A stretch of DNA of 64,000 nt from positions 6,987 to 70,986 of the forward strand of contig JACNKA010000060.1 of the NCBI GenBank assembly GCA_014382285.1, in the 5' to 3' direction. Position 1 is the first letter of the stretch; every line of letters begins with the position of its first letter. The stretch comes from Nitrospinota bacterium. GTDB taxonomy: Bacteria; Nitrospinota; Nitrospinia; Nitrospinales; VA-1. The notes under the pieces are model-generated. The model was not told where the DNA came from. It searched no databases and saw only the letters and a program-made list of their open reading frames with translations. Shown here in pieces: positions 18,500-27,953 of the stretch. Position numbers and translations under genes: made by a program.

Positions 18500-19210
18500 C
18501 TACTTTTCTATTCTCACACAGCGAAACCCTACATCGCTGTATCTTAACTCGCGATCTTTTGCGACCCGATCAGAGGTTCTTAAAAAATGGCTGGCAGAAC
18601 TCCATGAGCCTCCCCGCACCACCTTGTTTTTTTCGGCAGAAGCACCGGAGCCATCGTCCGAACTATATAGGGTCCATTCGTAGACATTGCCCATCATGTC
18701 GTAGAGACCATGGGAATTGGCCTCGAATTTTCCAATATTTTCTGGAGCACCGTTTCCATAAGGCTGGCCAAAATGGGCACCGCCCAGTTCTTTTCCCTCA
18801 GCCGCCGCCTCCCATTGCTCCCCGGTGGGAAGGTCTCCTCCACGCCATGCGCAATAGGTTCTGGCATCCCCCCAGGTTACGAACACCACTGGTTGTCGGG
18901 GTTTGTTAAAGTCCTGTGGACGATCATCATGCAATACCAATGGTTCGCACACCCCGGCAATGAAACACTCCCGGTAATCAGCATTGCTGACCTCATATTT
19001 ATCTATCCAGAAAGCATCTAACTTCACCTTGCGGGGAACCTCATCGCTGCACCATTCGGCGTTGCCCTGCTCTTCCTCACAGTAAAGACTTCCCAGACTA
19101 TATTCTCCAGCCAGAATCAAAACCTGCGCTGGGCCGGACTCGGCATAAGTTTGAAAAGGAAAACACACCATGAAAACCATCATGAGTAAAATCTGCTTAA
19201 GGCGAGTCAT
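18500..19210 (-). CDS. Secreted FGE-sulfatase (SUMF1/EgtB/PvdO) domain protein
   Basis: [38 protein letters not shown]. Confidence 0.9.
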   Translation of the reverse strand: MTRLKQILLMMVFMVCFPFQTYAESGPAQVLILAGEYSLGSLYCEEEQGNAEWCSDEVPRKVKLDAFWIDKYEVSNADYRECFIAGVCEPLVLHDDRPQDFNKPRQPVVFVTWGDARTYCAWRGGDLPTGEQWEAAAEGKELGGAHFGQPYGNGAPENIGKFEANSHGLYDMMGNVYEWTLYSSDDGSGASAEKNKVVRGGSWSSASHFLRTSDRVAKDRELRYSDVGFRCVRIEK

Positions 19211-20538
19211 ACTTCTATTTTATCCAAGATTGCTTTTTTAATCTGCTCATAGTCAGCGTCAAGTTCAATCGGTGAGAACGCGTGTTCCGATTCAACTCCC
19301 TCTATTTGATTCGTATGATATTTGAAAAGAAAGTCAGTGAACTTCAATCCGTTAGCAGTGGAGATCACCACCACGCGATCCTTTTTCTTAATCACCCCGT
19401 TATTGACCAGCTTTTCCAGAACCGCCAGAGCCACCCCGGTATGCGGACAACAGAGAAGCCCAGTTTTATTGGCTCTGCCCGCTGCGTTGGCCAATTCACT
19501 TTCTGACGCCTCTTCAACAATGCCATCAAAAGCCTGGAGGGTGCGAATAGCTTTTTTATAACTGACCGGATCTCCAATCTGAATAGCACTTGCCAAAGTC
19601 GTTTGCGCCTGGACAGATTCGAAAGTTTTAAATCCATTCTGGTAGCTGCGGTAAAGGGGAGCGGCCTGTTTCGCCTGAGCACAAACCAGACGAGGGAGCC
19701 TATCGATCAGCCCCAGGTCATAAAACATCTGGAACCCCTTGCCTATCGCACTGACATTACCCAGGTTACCGCCCGGAACGATTACAAAATCGGGCACTTT
19801 CCAGTTGAACTGCTGGACAATCTCAAAACTGATAGTTTTTTGGCCTTCAATTCTCAGAGAGTTCATGGAGTTTGCCAGATAGATATCGTTTTTCTGACAA
19901 ATCTCCTGAACCAGTTTCATGCATCCGTCAAAATCAGTATTAAGGGACAGGGTGAGTACGCCATGTGTGATGGGCTGAATCAGTTGCGCCAGTGAGACTT
20001 TATCCTTAGGCAAAAACACAATGGCCGGAATACCTGCAAGCGCACAATAAGCCGCCAATGCAGCAGACGTATCCCCGGTGGAAGCACAAGCTACCGCCTT
20101 GATGTTTTTCCCGGAAGCAATCATTTGCTTGACCATGGAGACCAGCACGGTCATTCCCAGATCCTTGAAGGACCCCGTATGCGCCATACCACATTGTTTG
20201 ACCCATAGATCATCAAGACCAAGTTGGTGACCCAGCCGCTCGGCCCAGAAAAGGTTCGTGCCCCCTTCATATGTGGACACAATATTCTCATTCTCCACGT
20301 TGGGGCAAACCAGTTCTCTTTTCCCCCACACAGCGCTGCCATAAGGCCATTCGTTGCGGCGGTACCGACTTTCAAACAGGGTTTTCCACTTTTCAGGCGA
20401 TCGTTGTTTTAACAGAGTCATATCATGTTGGACTTCCAGAAGTTCGCCACACTTCTTGCAACGATAGATAATATCAGTCAGTTCATACTGACTTTCACAT
20501 TCTGGATTAATACACTGAAACCAAGCTTTAAATTCCAT
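19207..20538 (-). CDS. thrC: Threonine synthase (plant-like subfamily)
   Basis: [13 protein letters not shown] lysine, [17 protein letters not shown]; adjacent to hom. Confidence 0.96.
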   Translation of the reverse strand: MEFKAWFQCINPECESQYELTDIIYRCKKCGELLEVQHDMTLLKQRSPEKWKTLFESRYRRNEWPYGSAVWGKRELVCPNVENENIVSTYEGGTNLFWAERLGHQLGLDDLWVKQCGMAHTGSFKDLGMTVLVSMVKQMIASGKNIKAVACASTGDTSAALAAYCALAGIPAIVFLPKDKVSLAQLIQPITHGVLTLSLNTDFDGCMKLVQEICQKNDIYLANSMNSLRIEGQKTISFEIVQQFNWKVPDFVIVPGGNLGNVSAIGKGFQMFYDLGLIDRLPRLVCAQAKQAAPLYRSYQNGFKTFESVQAQTTLASAIQIGDPVSYKKAIRTLQAFDGIVEEASESELANAAGRANKTGLLCCPHTGVALAVLEKLVNNGVIKKKDRVVVISTANGLKFTDFLFKYHTNQIEGVESEHAFSPIELDADYEQIKKAILDKIEV

Positions 20539-20540
20539 TA

Positions 20541-21845
20541 TTATCTTTCAACTCGAATCAAGTTAGGTTTTTCGCACACCGCGTTTAATTCCTCTATTTC
20601 ATTTAAAGCCGACTGAATATTATTCTCACTGGATTTGTGACACATCATCACAAGCGGCACCCCTTCACCACCTTTACCCCGTCCTCTCTGAATCATGGAC
20701 TCAATACTGATGGAATGTTTACCCAGTATCCCGGATATTTTTGAAAGTACACCCGGCTTATCCAACACACTGAAGCGCAAAAAATATTCAGACTCGATTT
20801 CACTGATATCCTTGAGAGGGATTTTCTTGACCTCATTTTCCTGAAAAGATCCGGCGGGCAATCTTTCTCCCACACCCGTAAGAATATTTCGAGCAATTTC
20901 CACAACATCGCCAACCACTGCACTACCAGTGGGCAGAGCACCCGCCCCATGCCCAATCAAAATATTTTCATCCATCATATCATCGCACACACGAATAGCG
21001 TTTAATACGCCATTAACATTTGCCATCGGATGCGCAACCGGAATCATTGCAGGATGAACACGAATATCGATCGCCTGACCATCGTATTTGGATATGGCAA
21101 GCAGTTTGATTCGGTAACCAAACTCCCGTGCGCATTCGATGTCCTCCGAGGTGATGCCTGAAATACCTGAAACGATTATATCGTCAAACGGCACAAGGGT
21201 CCCATAAGCCAGACGAGTCAGTACCGCTATCTTGTGGGCTGAGTCCATTCCTTCAATATCAAAAGTCGGGTCCGCTTCGGCAAAACCTTTTTCCTGTGCT
21301 TCTTTCAAAGCGGTGTTGAAGTCGCATTTCTCATCAGACATTTTGCTGAGAATATAATTTGCGGTCCCATTCACGATACCTTCTATACTCTGAATACGGT
21401 TAGCAACAAATGCCTCCCGAACCGACCGAATTATCGGAATCGCTCCACCTATAGAAGCTTCAAATCCGATAGACAGACCTTTTTCAGTAACCGCTGAAAA
21501 AATTTCGTCCCCATGTTTAGCCAGCAGGGCCTTGTTGGCCGTCACTATATGCTTTCCCTGCTCAATGGCCTGGAGAAGAAATTTTCTAGCCGGATTGTAT
21601 CCACCAATCAACTCGATCAACACATCAATGTCGGGGTGGTTGATCACCTCATCGGCAGAAGTCGTTAATACGCCAGTGGCCAGTTCAATACCCCGGTCCG
21701 TGGTGATATCCAAGTCCGCCACCTTAACCAGTTCCAACCTGGCCCCCAACCTTTTCCTTATAATTTCACCATTATCCACGAGGATTTTAGCCACCCCGGC
21801 ACCTATCGTGCCAAAACCGATCATTCCCACCTTAACTATTTTCAT
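20541..21845 (-). CDS. hom: Homoserine dehydrogenase with C-terminal ACT domain
   Basis: [30 protein letters not shown]. Confidence 0.97.
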   Translation of the reverse strand: MKIVKVGMIGFGTIGAGVAKILVDNGEIIRKRLGARLELVKVADLDITTDRGIELATGVLTTSADEVINHPDIDVLIELIGGYNPARKFLLQAIEQGKHIVTANKALLAKHGDEIFSAVTEKGLSIGFEASIGGAIPIIRSVREAFVANRIQSIEGIVNGTANYILSKMSDEKCDFNTALKEAQEKGFAEADPTFDIEGMDSAHKIAVLTRLAYGTLVPFDDIIVSGISGITSEDIECAREFGYRIKLLAISKYDGQAIDIRVHPAMIPVAHPMANVNGVLNAIRVCDDMMDENILIGHGAGALPTGSAVVGDVVEIARNILTGVGERLPAGSFQENEVKKIPLKDISEIESEYFLRFSVLDKPGVLSKISGILGKHSISIESMIQRGRGKGGEGVPLVMMCHKSSENNIQSALNEIEELNAVCEKPNLIRVER

Positions 21846-21848
21846 CGT

Positions 21849-23027
21849 CTACTCAGTATCCTTAAAAAATCTTTCAATTCCCCGAACCGCCTGTCTGATC
21901 CTGTGTTCGTTTTCGACCAGCGAGAAACGTACAAAATGATCCCCACCTTCTCCAAATCCGATACCCGGAGCAACCGCTACTTTGGCTTTATCCAAAAGTA
22001 GCTTGCAAAATTCCAGAGACCCTGTTTTCCTGAAGCGTTCTGGAATTTTCGCCCAGACCATCATTGTCGCTTTCGGTGGTGTTACGTCCCAACCAATTCG
22101 GTTCAATGATTCACATAAAACATCGCGCCGGCTTCGGTACGTTTCTCTGATTTCTTCCACACAGTCACGCGGACCGTTCAGAGCCACCGTGGCCGCAATC
22201 TGGATCGGCTGAAACATACCATAATCCTGATAACTTTTGATGCGCGCCAGGGCATGAATGATTTCAGCATTTCCGACCGCAAAGCCAACCCGCCATCCAG
22301 GCATATTATAACTTTTTGACAAGGTAAAAAACTCTATCCCAACATCTTTTGCTCCTGGAACCTGCAAAAAACTGGGTGCTTTATAACCATCAAAAACAAT
22401 GTCTCCATAAGCAAAGTCGTGAATCACAATCAGGTTATGTTCTTTAGCAAATTCCACGACCTTCACAAAGAAATCAATATCCACCACCAGAGTGGTGGGG
22501 TTATGCGGGAAATTGATAATCATCACCTTGGGCCGGGGCCAGTTTCTCTTGAAAGCATCAAGTAGAGCATCAAAAAAATCTATATCAGCACTAAGGGGGA
22601 CATGAATGACATCGCCGTTGGCTAAAATGAACGCATAGGTATGAATCGGGTAAGTCGGTGTCGGCACCAAAACCGAATCACCCGGGCTGGTTATCGCCAA
22701 AGCCAGATGAGCAATGCCCTCTTTAGAACCAATCGTAGCAATCGCTTCTGAATTCGGGTCCAGGTCAACGTCATGATTGCGCTTGTACCAGTCAGTGATA
22801 GCAAGACGCAATTTATATATGCCCTTGGAAACAGAATAGCGGTGATTCGCTTCCTTCTGCGAGGCTTCTATCAACTTATCCACTATATGTTTAGGGGTCG
22901 GCATATCGGGGTTCCCCAAACCAAAGTCGATAATATCTTCCCCGCGCCGACGAGCATCGTACTTAAGTTCGTTAACGATCCCCAGTACATAGGGAGGAAG
23001 ACGCTCAATTCTGGAAAATTCTTTCAT
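21849..23027 (-). CDS. alaC: Class I/II aminotransferase, AlaC/YfdZ type
   Basis: [32 protein letters not shown]; conserved position before hom-thrC. Confidence 0.85.
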   Translation of the reverse strand: MKEFSRIERLPPYVLGIVNELKYDARRRGEDIIDFGLGNPDMPTPKHIVDKLIEASQKEANHRYSVSKGIYKLRLAITDWYKRNHDVDLDPNSEAIATIGSKEGIAHLALAITSPGDSVLVPTPTYPIHTYAFILANGDVIHVPLSADIDFFDALLDAFKRNWPRPKVMIINFPHNPTTLVVDIDFFVKVVEFAKEHNLIVIHDFAYGDIVFDGYKAPSFLQVPGAKDVGIEFFTLSKSYNMPGWRVGFAVGNAEIIHALARIKSYQDYGMFQPIQIAATVALNGPRDCVEEIRETYRSRRDVLCESLNRIGWDVTPPKATMMVWAKIPERFRKTGSLEFCKLLLDKAKVAVAPGIGFGEGGDHFVRFSLVENEHRIRQAVRGIERFFKDTE

Positions 23028-23141
23028 AATTCGTTACAGGTAGCAGAGATAGACCACGTCCAACTTAGTAATGGCCGGGAAATAGCATTCAACATATAAA
23101 AGCATTAAATATTAAGGTGTTCCAAGAGGTAGACCAAATCG

Positions 23142-23230
23142 CAAAAAAGTCCTGACCAGTCAGGGTTTGTGAGGAGGCAACCTATTAATTTCCAAGGGAA
23201 TCCGGCTGAACGCCCGCGTAACATAACATA
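23142..23230 (-). ncRNA. Candidate sRNA or leader with CU-rich anti-SD motif and terminator
   Basis: GCCTCCTC followed by CCTGA-CTGG-TCAGG and ACTTTTTT on the minus strand. No family recognised. Confidence 0.3.
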
Positions 23231-23430
23231 ATTTATAAAGGCCAGCAAACCAAAAGCCTTGGGCGAAAAACCACATGTTAAAAGTAGATGTACAGCGATT
23301 CTTTTTTCTTGATTCTAACCTTTTGTAAAGGGTAGTATCTCACTTCAGATGCTTCACAATGATCATTCTGGTTTCCTCTGTTGAAGATTTCTTTCCAGAT
23401 CAAGTCAAATCTCCCTCCATCACCGAACAA

Positions 23431-24240
23431 ATGGAATTTTTTCAGATAATTTTATTAAGCATTATTCAGGGACTCACTGAATTCCTGCCAATTTCCAGTT
23501 CCGGGCATTTGATATTGGCTCCTGTCATATTCAATTTTGATGATCAGGGTCTGGCTCTGGATGCTATTTTGCATTTAGGCACCCTTCTGGCAATTATAGT
23601 TTTCTTCCGCAAAGAACTGACGAACTTAACGAAGGGGTTATTTGACCGCCAGGGTTCTCCAGAAACTCACCATCTTGCATGGTGTATTATTCTTGCTTCG
23701 TTCCCGGCAGGACTGATAGGCCTGTTTGGAGGAGAATGGATTGAAACCAACTTGAGGAGCCCCACTTTTGTCGGATACAATCTTTTATTCTGGTCGTTCG
23801 TTTTCCTGATAGCAGACCGGTCCGGCTTAAAAAGCTCAGACACAACAGATGTGGAATTAAATCGGCTGAGTCTGCGACAAATTTTGTTTATCGGGTGCGC
23901 TCAGGCCATTGCCTTATTGCCGGGAACCTCACGGTCTGGCATCACCATTGCGGCAGGACTTCTCACCAACCTCTCACACACTTCAGCAACCCGGTTTTCT
24001 TTTCTACTGGGAACTCCAATTATTTTCGCGGCAGGCATGCACAAGCTGAGGCAGTTCATTTTGCATCCAGCTCCAGAACAGACCTATTCCAACCTCCACC
24101 TTGCAATCGGGATGGGAATAAGCTTTCTCGTTGGTTTGCTGGCAATTCAGATTCTTCTTAGGATTGTTGCGAGAGTGGGCCTCCTGCCCTTTATCCTGTA
24201 CAGGGTGATTCTCGCATGCGGGATCCTTCTCTACTACTGA
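23431..24240 (+). CDS. uppP: Undecaprenyl-diphosphate phosphatase
   Basis: QGLTEFLPISSSGH and PGTSRSG motifs. Start placed at ATG 23431 by typical N-terminus. Confidence 0.96.
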   Translation: MEFFQIILLSIIQGLTEFLPISSSGHLILAPVIFNFDDQGLALDAILHLGTLLAIIVFFRKELTNLTKGLFDRQGSPETHHLAWCIILASFPAGLIGLFGGEWIETNLRSPTFVGYNLLFWSFVFLIADRSGLKSSDTTDVELNRLSLRQILFIGCAQAIALLPGTSRSGITIAAGLLTNLSHTSATRFSFLLGTPIIFAAGMHKLRQFILHPAPEQTYSNLHLAIGMGISFLVGLLAIQILLRIVARVGLLPFILYRVILACGILLYY

Positions 24241-24255
24241 GACCCGTTAGAAATG

Positions 24256-24287
24256 AAAAAGCCGACCTGAAAAATCAGGCCGGCTTT
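24256..24287 (-). terminator. Intrinsic terminator (likely bidirectional) between uppP and 24308-24736
   Basis: Minus strand AAAGCCGGCCTGA-TTTT-TCAGGTCGGCTTTTT. Confidence 0.8.
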
Positions 24288-24307
24288 AATTTTAAAACTT
24301 GCAGGAA

Positions 24308-24736
24308 TTAACCGCAGTTGACATCGAGATTAGTCGTGCCAGTATTGGTGATTCTAACTTCACCGCTGATGTCTCCAATGGAATCTCCACGGCTGAAGTT
24401 ATTCTGTCCGGACAAAACAACTTTCTTTTGGCCCATGTTATGTTTGTTACCCATTTGCACCATAGCATTTCCTGCGGCTCCACCACCATTATCGGGGAAA
24501 CCATGATTGGCAGTCGGGCTTAAGCTAATTGCAACCGTCGTAAAATTTGAAGACTTCCAGACTGTGGCATTTCCCTCACCACGATCTATCGAACCGCCAC
24601 CCGTATTTTCCAAGGTGATAGAACTGGCGTTGGTGCATTTGGTCATCTGACCCGGTGCCAATGATCCTGCAAAGGCCGAACTGGCGAGACAAAAAGAAGC
24701 AACAGTAACAAATAGTAAAACAGCGAGTTTCTTCAT
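24308..24736 (-). CDS. Secreted hypothetical beta-rich protein (142 aa)
   Basis: Signal peptide MKKLAVLL...SAFA; GGGAGG RBS; own promoter and terminator. Confidence 0.88.
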   Translation of the reverse strand: MKKLAVLLFVTVASFCLASSAFAGSLAPGQMTKCTNASSITLENTGGGSIDRGEGNATVWKSSNFTTVAISLSPTANHGFPDNGGGAAGNAMVQMGNKHNMGQKKVVLSGQNNFSRGDSIGDISGEVRITNTGTTNLDVNCG

Positions 24737-24841
24737 TGTAAATCCTCCCTTACCCTAGTTAACGAACGTTTACCTACAAAATATTCTAAACGAGGCATAT
24801 TCCAAGGAACCAGCCTCCTCCCATTAGAACGATTGAGTAAA

Positions 24842-24854
24842 TTTTCAAAGAACA
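24842..24854 (-). promoter_or_regulatory. boxA-like Nus antitermination element
   Basis: Minus strand TGTTCTTTGAAAA, matching the bacterial rrn boxA pattern. Confidence 0.55.
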
Positions 24855-24867
24855 AGCTAGCGACTAA

Positions 24868-24885
24868 AGCTCCAGAAGTGGAGCT
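24868..24885 (-). promoter_or_regulatory. boxB-like hairpin upstream of boxA
   Basis: AGCTCCA-CTTC-TGGAGCT, a perfect 7-bp stem 13 nt 5' of boxA. Confidence 0.45.
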
Positions 24886-24962
24886 ATTTTCAACACTTTT
24901 TTCAGAACCGAGAGTGTAGGAAAACTCCGGCTTAGAAGAGGTCGAATCCCGGTTTTCATCAA

Positions 24963-24990
24963 AGTATACTTACGCATCAAAACATGTCAA
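24963..24990 (-). promoter_or_regulatory. Near-consensus sigma70 promoter
   Basis: TTGACA, 16-nt spacer, TATACT on the minus strand. Confidence 0.75.
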
Positions 24991-25161
24991 TGTTTATTTG
25001 CAGATAAACATAAATCTCTTTTATATTCAATTAGTTATAGACATATCCGCTCAGACCAAAAAAAACAGATATCGAGAAATCAACCTACAAACAGCCAAGC
25101 GTTTATCCTACGCATTGAATACGCAAGACACCTACCCACAGTGCGCGCTCGACCCCATTCA

Positions 25162-26532
25162 TCAACCTTGACGGGTTTCATCGGCTATCAACACTCCTGC
25201 AGGCAGGATCAAAGTCTCTTTCAACCCCTGCAAATGAACCCGGCCTCTGAGCGAAGCTCCTCCTTCAAATCGAACAGCGCCGCTTATTTTCAACTCCTCT
25301 AAATCTACAAGATCTGGAATAACGGGAAAACAGTTTTGAAAATTTTCTATATTTTGTAGAAAGTCTCCCAACATTATTATGGGTAAAGAGCCCGGCTTTC
25401 TTTCGGGGTTTCTGATTAGCTTTCCATTATTCAAACTAAAAAGATTGGAACGAACCAACAGCAAATCATCCGTCTTTTTGACGGGCAAAAAACGGTCACG
25501 TGAAACGGAGAGACCTACCGCCCCCTCAAAGCACTCCAAGCCAGAACCGATAGCGGTTTCAAGTTGCACGATGGGAATGCCTTCAACACTTTTTCGGTTC
25601 ACCAGCACACTTAATTTCAGAGAGCCCTTTTTCAGCCTGTTGTTCAGGGCTACCAGGTTTATCCAGATATTATTGGTATTAAAAACCTTGAACTTTTTCT
25701 GATCACAAAACTCGTCAAGCCTGTCATCGGGAACACGAGCGATCTCCAACAATTTAAGCTTTCCATCCTGCTGATAAAGAGTGCCCCCTTTAATATCCGC
25801 CGGAGTTTTGGCAGTCATTTCCATCAAGAAGGGGATGTTAAACTCATCCATATAATTCAGAATAACAGGATCCACAACCGCGCCAAGGTTATCCGCATTT
25901 GAAATAAAAAGAATCTCCCTGCCCGCATCTATCAGCTTTTGCAGAATGCCCTGTTGCCAGATACACTGATAAAAATCGCCATGCCCAGGAGGATAGTATG
26001 CCTGATCGCCCCATTTATCCGGGTTCATCGGGCTCAGGCTCTCTGAATGCAGACGAGGAAATTTATTTTGCTGAAAACCAATAACTTCCGAAGAAATTTC
26101 CAAGGCGCTCAAATGAGCCTGGGTTTTTTCATGTGTGTAGAAACTGTTCATCAGGAGAAGAGGAATTTTTTGATCCCATTCTCGATTAAGGTTCTCGATT
26201 TGGTCGAGTATCAAGTCCAGAAAGGATTTATTATCCCTCACTTCAACCAGAGACTTTGGCCCCACACAGCCCATGCTGGTCCCCATGCCACCATTGAGTT
26301 TACCGACAACAAGCTTCGACAATTGGCGCGCAGTCTGGGAATGCTCCGGGGATGGCAGGCTGGAAAAGTCCGGCAGATTTCTGGAATCGGGAGTCATTAT
26401 TGAACTCCAGTCCTCGACTTTAGCCGTCCCTTGACGGAACTGAGTGATCATTTCCCAATAATGATCCAATTGAGGGCCTGCGAGTGATTGACCCAACGCA
26501 CTCCATAAAGAATCTTTATCATCAGAAGACAT
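25162..26532 (-). CDS. UTP--glucose-1-phosphate uridylyltransferase, eukaryote-type (UDPGP family)
   Basis: KLNGGMGTSMGCVGPKS, YPPGHGD, SNADNLGA, DIKGG, FNTNNIW, QLETAIG, RFLPVK. Start placed at ATG 26532. Confidence 0.93.
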   Translation of the reverse strand: MSSDDKDSLWSALGQSLAGPQLDHYWEMITQFRQGTAKVEDWSSIMTPDSRNLPDFSSLPSPEHSQTARQLSKLVVGKLNGGMGTSMGCVGPKSLVEVRDNKSFLDLILDQIENLNREWDQKIPLLLMNSFYTHEKTQAHLSALEISSEVIGFQQNKFPRLHSESLSPMNPDKWGDQAYYPPGHGDFYQCIWQQGILQKLIDAGREILFISNADNLGAVVDPVILNYMDEFNIPFLMEMTAKTPADIKGGTLYQQDGKLKLLEIARVPDDRLDEFCDQKKFKVFNTNNIWINLVALNNRLKKGSLKLSVLVNRKSVEGIPIVQLETAIGSGLECFEGAVGLSVSRDRFLPVKKTDDLLLVRSNLFSLNNGKLIRNPERKPGSLPIIMLGDFLQNIENFQNCFPVIPDLVDLEELKISGAVRFEGGASLRGRVHLQGLKETLILPAGVLIADETRQG

Positions 26533-26610
26533 ACTAAAATCCCCAGCCTGTTTTTTCGTGACAAAATCAAAAGAACTTGCTTTACTTGCTACTTTATATA
26601 AGGTCTGCTT

Positions 26611-27204
26611 ATGCTCGTATTCAAAAAGAATATTTATGAAACCAGCTCTCATCACCCTGAAAATGGAACCCAACAGAACCTGGACCCTCGTGATTTCATT
26701 TTCAGGTCACTGACCACCGACCGTGAAATTTTTTATGGGCTGCAACAACTCGCTCAAGAGGAAAGTCAGGAACGCTTCAAGACTTTATTCCCTCATGTAT
26801 CGAGGTTTGGCTCCATTTCACTCATCAATAACTTCTCCCGGTCACTTCTGGAAGGACTGATTGATAAAGACAACTGGTACACCATGAATGCATACCATAT
26901 GACATACCTCTTTGACAGCCTGCATGGTACTTTTGAGGACTACAGCTACTCAGACCCGGCACAAAGGAAAGAATTGTTTCCTGAACTTCAGGGAGAGGCT
27001 ATTGATTTTGACCATTTCCTGGAAAATTATTTTTTCGGAACCGCATTTTTAATGGACGCCGAGCGTTTCAACAATATGCTACCAGAAGAAAAGAAAGACC
27101 TTAAACTCACTGACCCCTGCCTGTTTGGGGTGATCAACAGGCTGATCCCTGCCGAGGAAGAAATTGTACTCAAAATAAGCATGGCCACCCCCTATTCCCC
27201 CTGA
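26611..27204 (+). CDS. Hypothetical protein, paralog A
   Basis: Full-length similarity to 27954-28568 supports coding status. Confidence 0.85.
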   Translation: MLVFKKNIYETSSHHPENGTQQNLDPRDFIFRSLTTDREIFYGLQQLAQEESQERFKTLFPHVSRFGSISLINNFSRSLLEGLIDKDNWYTMNAYHMTYLFDSLHGTFEDYSYSDPAQRKELFPELQGEAIDFDHFLENYFFGTAFLMDAERFNNMLPEEKKDLKLTDPCLFGVINRLIPAEEEIVLKISMATPYSP

Positions 27205-27232
27205 ATAAAACCCATGCCGATTGAGAGGTATG

Positions 27233-27814
27233 CTATTTCCTTAACTCCTCTTCCAGTTTCAGGGTCAGAATACTGGAATCTGGAGCCACCTCACTCAAAA
27301 AGCTGGCCACAGGTATTCCATTTTTCCCGACTAAAAATTTATGAAAATTCCATTGCGCCGCATTTTTTTCTGGCACCCGCTTTCCTTTCATCCGGTATAA
27401 CACCCATTTTACCAGTATAAATATTCTCGACCAAAATCCCCCGCCTCCTTGATGCCTCAAACCACAATCATATAAATACTGGTAAAGATCAAGTTTTTGC
27501 GGACCCAGGACAGACGCCTTACTGAAAAGATCAAAAGTCACATTGAAATTATTCTGGCAAAAAACCTTAATCGCCTCATCCGCTCCCGGTTCTTGCGCGC
27601 CAAAGTCATTGCTTGGAAAAGCCAGAATACTTAATCCCTGGCTCTCATATTTTTCATAAAGCTTTTGTAAACTCGAATATTGAGGGGTAAATCCGCAATT
27701 CGAAGCCACATTAACAATCAGCAAAACCCTTCCTTCAAACTTAGAAAGCCTGAGTACCTCTCCGGTAATAGATTGAGCCGCAAAATTATAAATATTTTTA
27801 TCCAAAGATTTCAT
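27233..27814 (-). CDS. Glutathione peroxidase family protein (Cys type)
   Basis: VNVASNCGFTPQY, LAFPSNDFGAQEPG, WNFHKFLV. Confidence 0.95.
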   Translation of the reverse strand: MKSLDKNIYNFAAQSITGEVLRLSKFEGRVLLIVNVASNCGFTPQYSSLQKLYEKYESQGLSILAFPSNDFGAQEPGADEAIKVFCQNNFNVTFDLFSKASVLGPQKLDLYQYLYDCGLRHQGGGGFWSRIFILVKWVLYRMKGKRVPEKNAAQWNFHKFLVGKNGIPVASFLSEVAPDSSILTLKLEEELRK

Positions 27815-27953
27815 ATCCCAGGTTTAGAGGCTAGAAACTTCATAGAACTCCATAATTCAGGTATAATAATAGTGATAATAGCCGTAGAAATATGGCTACT
27901 GTAAATTATCGCAGATTACTTAAAAAACAAATACCCTGTCACAAGTTTCTCAA

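Noticed and set aside
23100..23235. Threonine leader-peptide attenuator before alaC-hom-thrC
   Set aside because: The short ORFs there (MLCYAGVQPDSLGN, MLRGRSAG...) have no Thr/Ile runs.
27680..27715. Possible selenocysteine in the glutathione peroxidase active site
   Set aside because: The codon is TGC (Cys). MsrA and MsrB active sites are also Cys.
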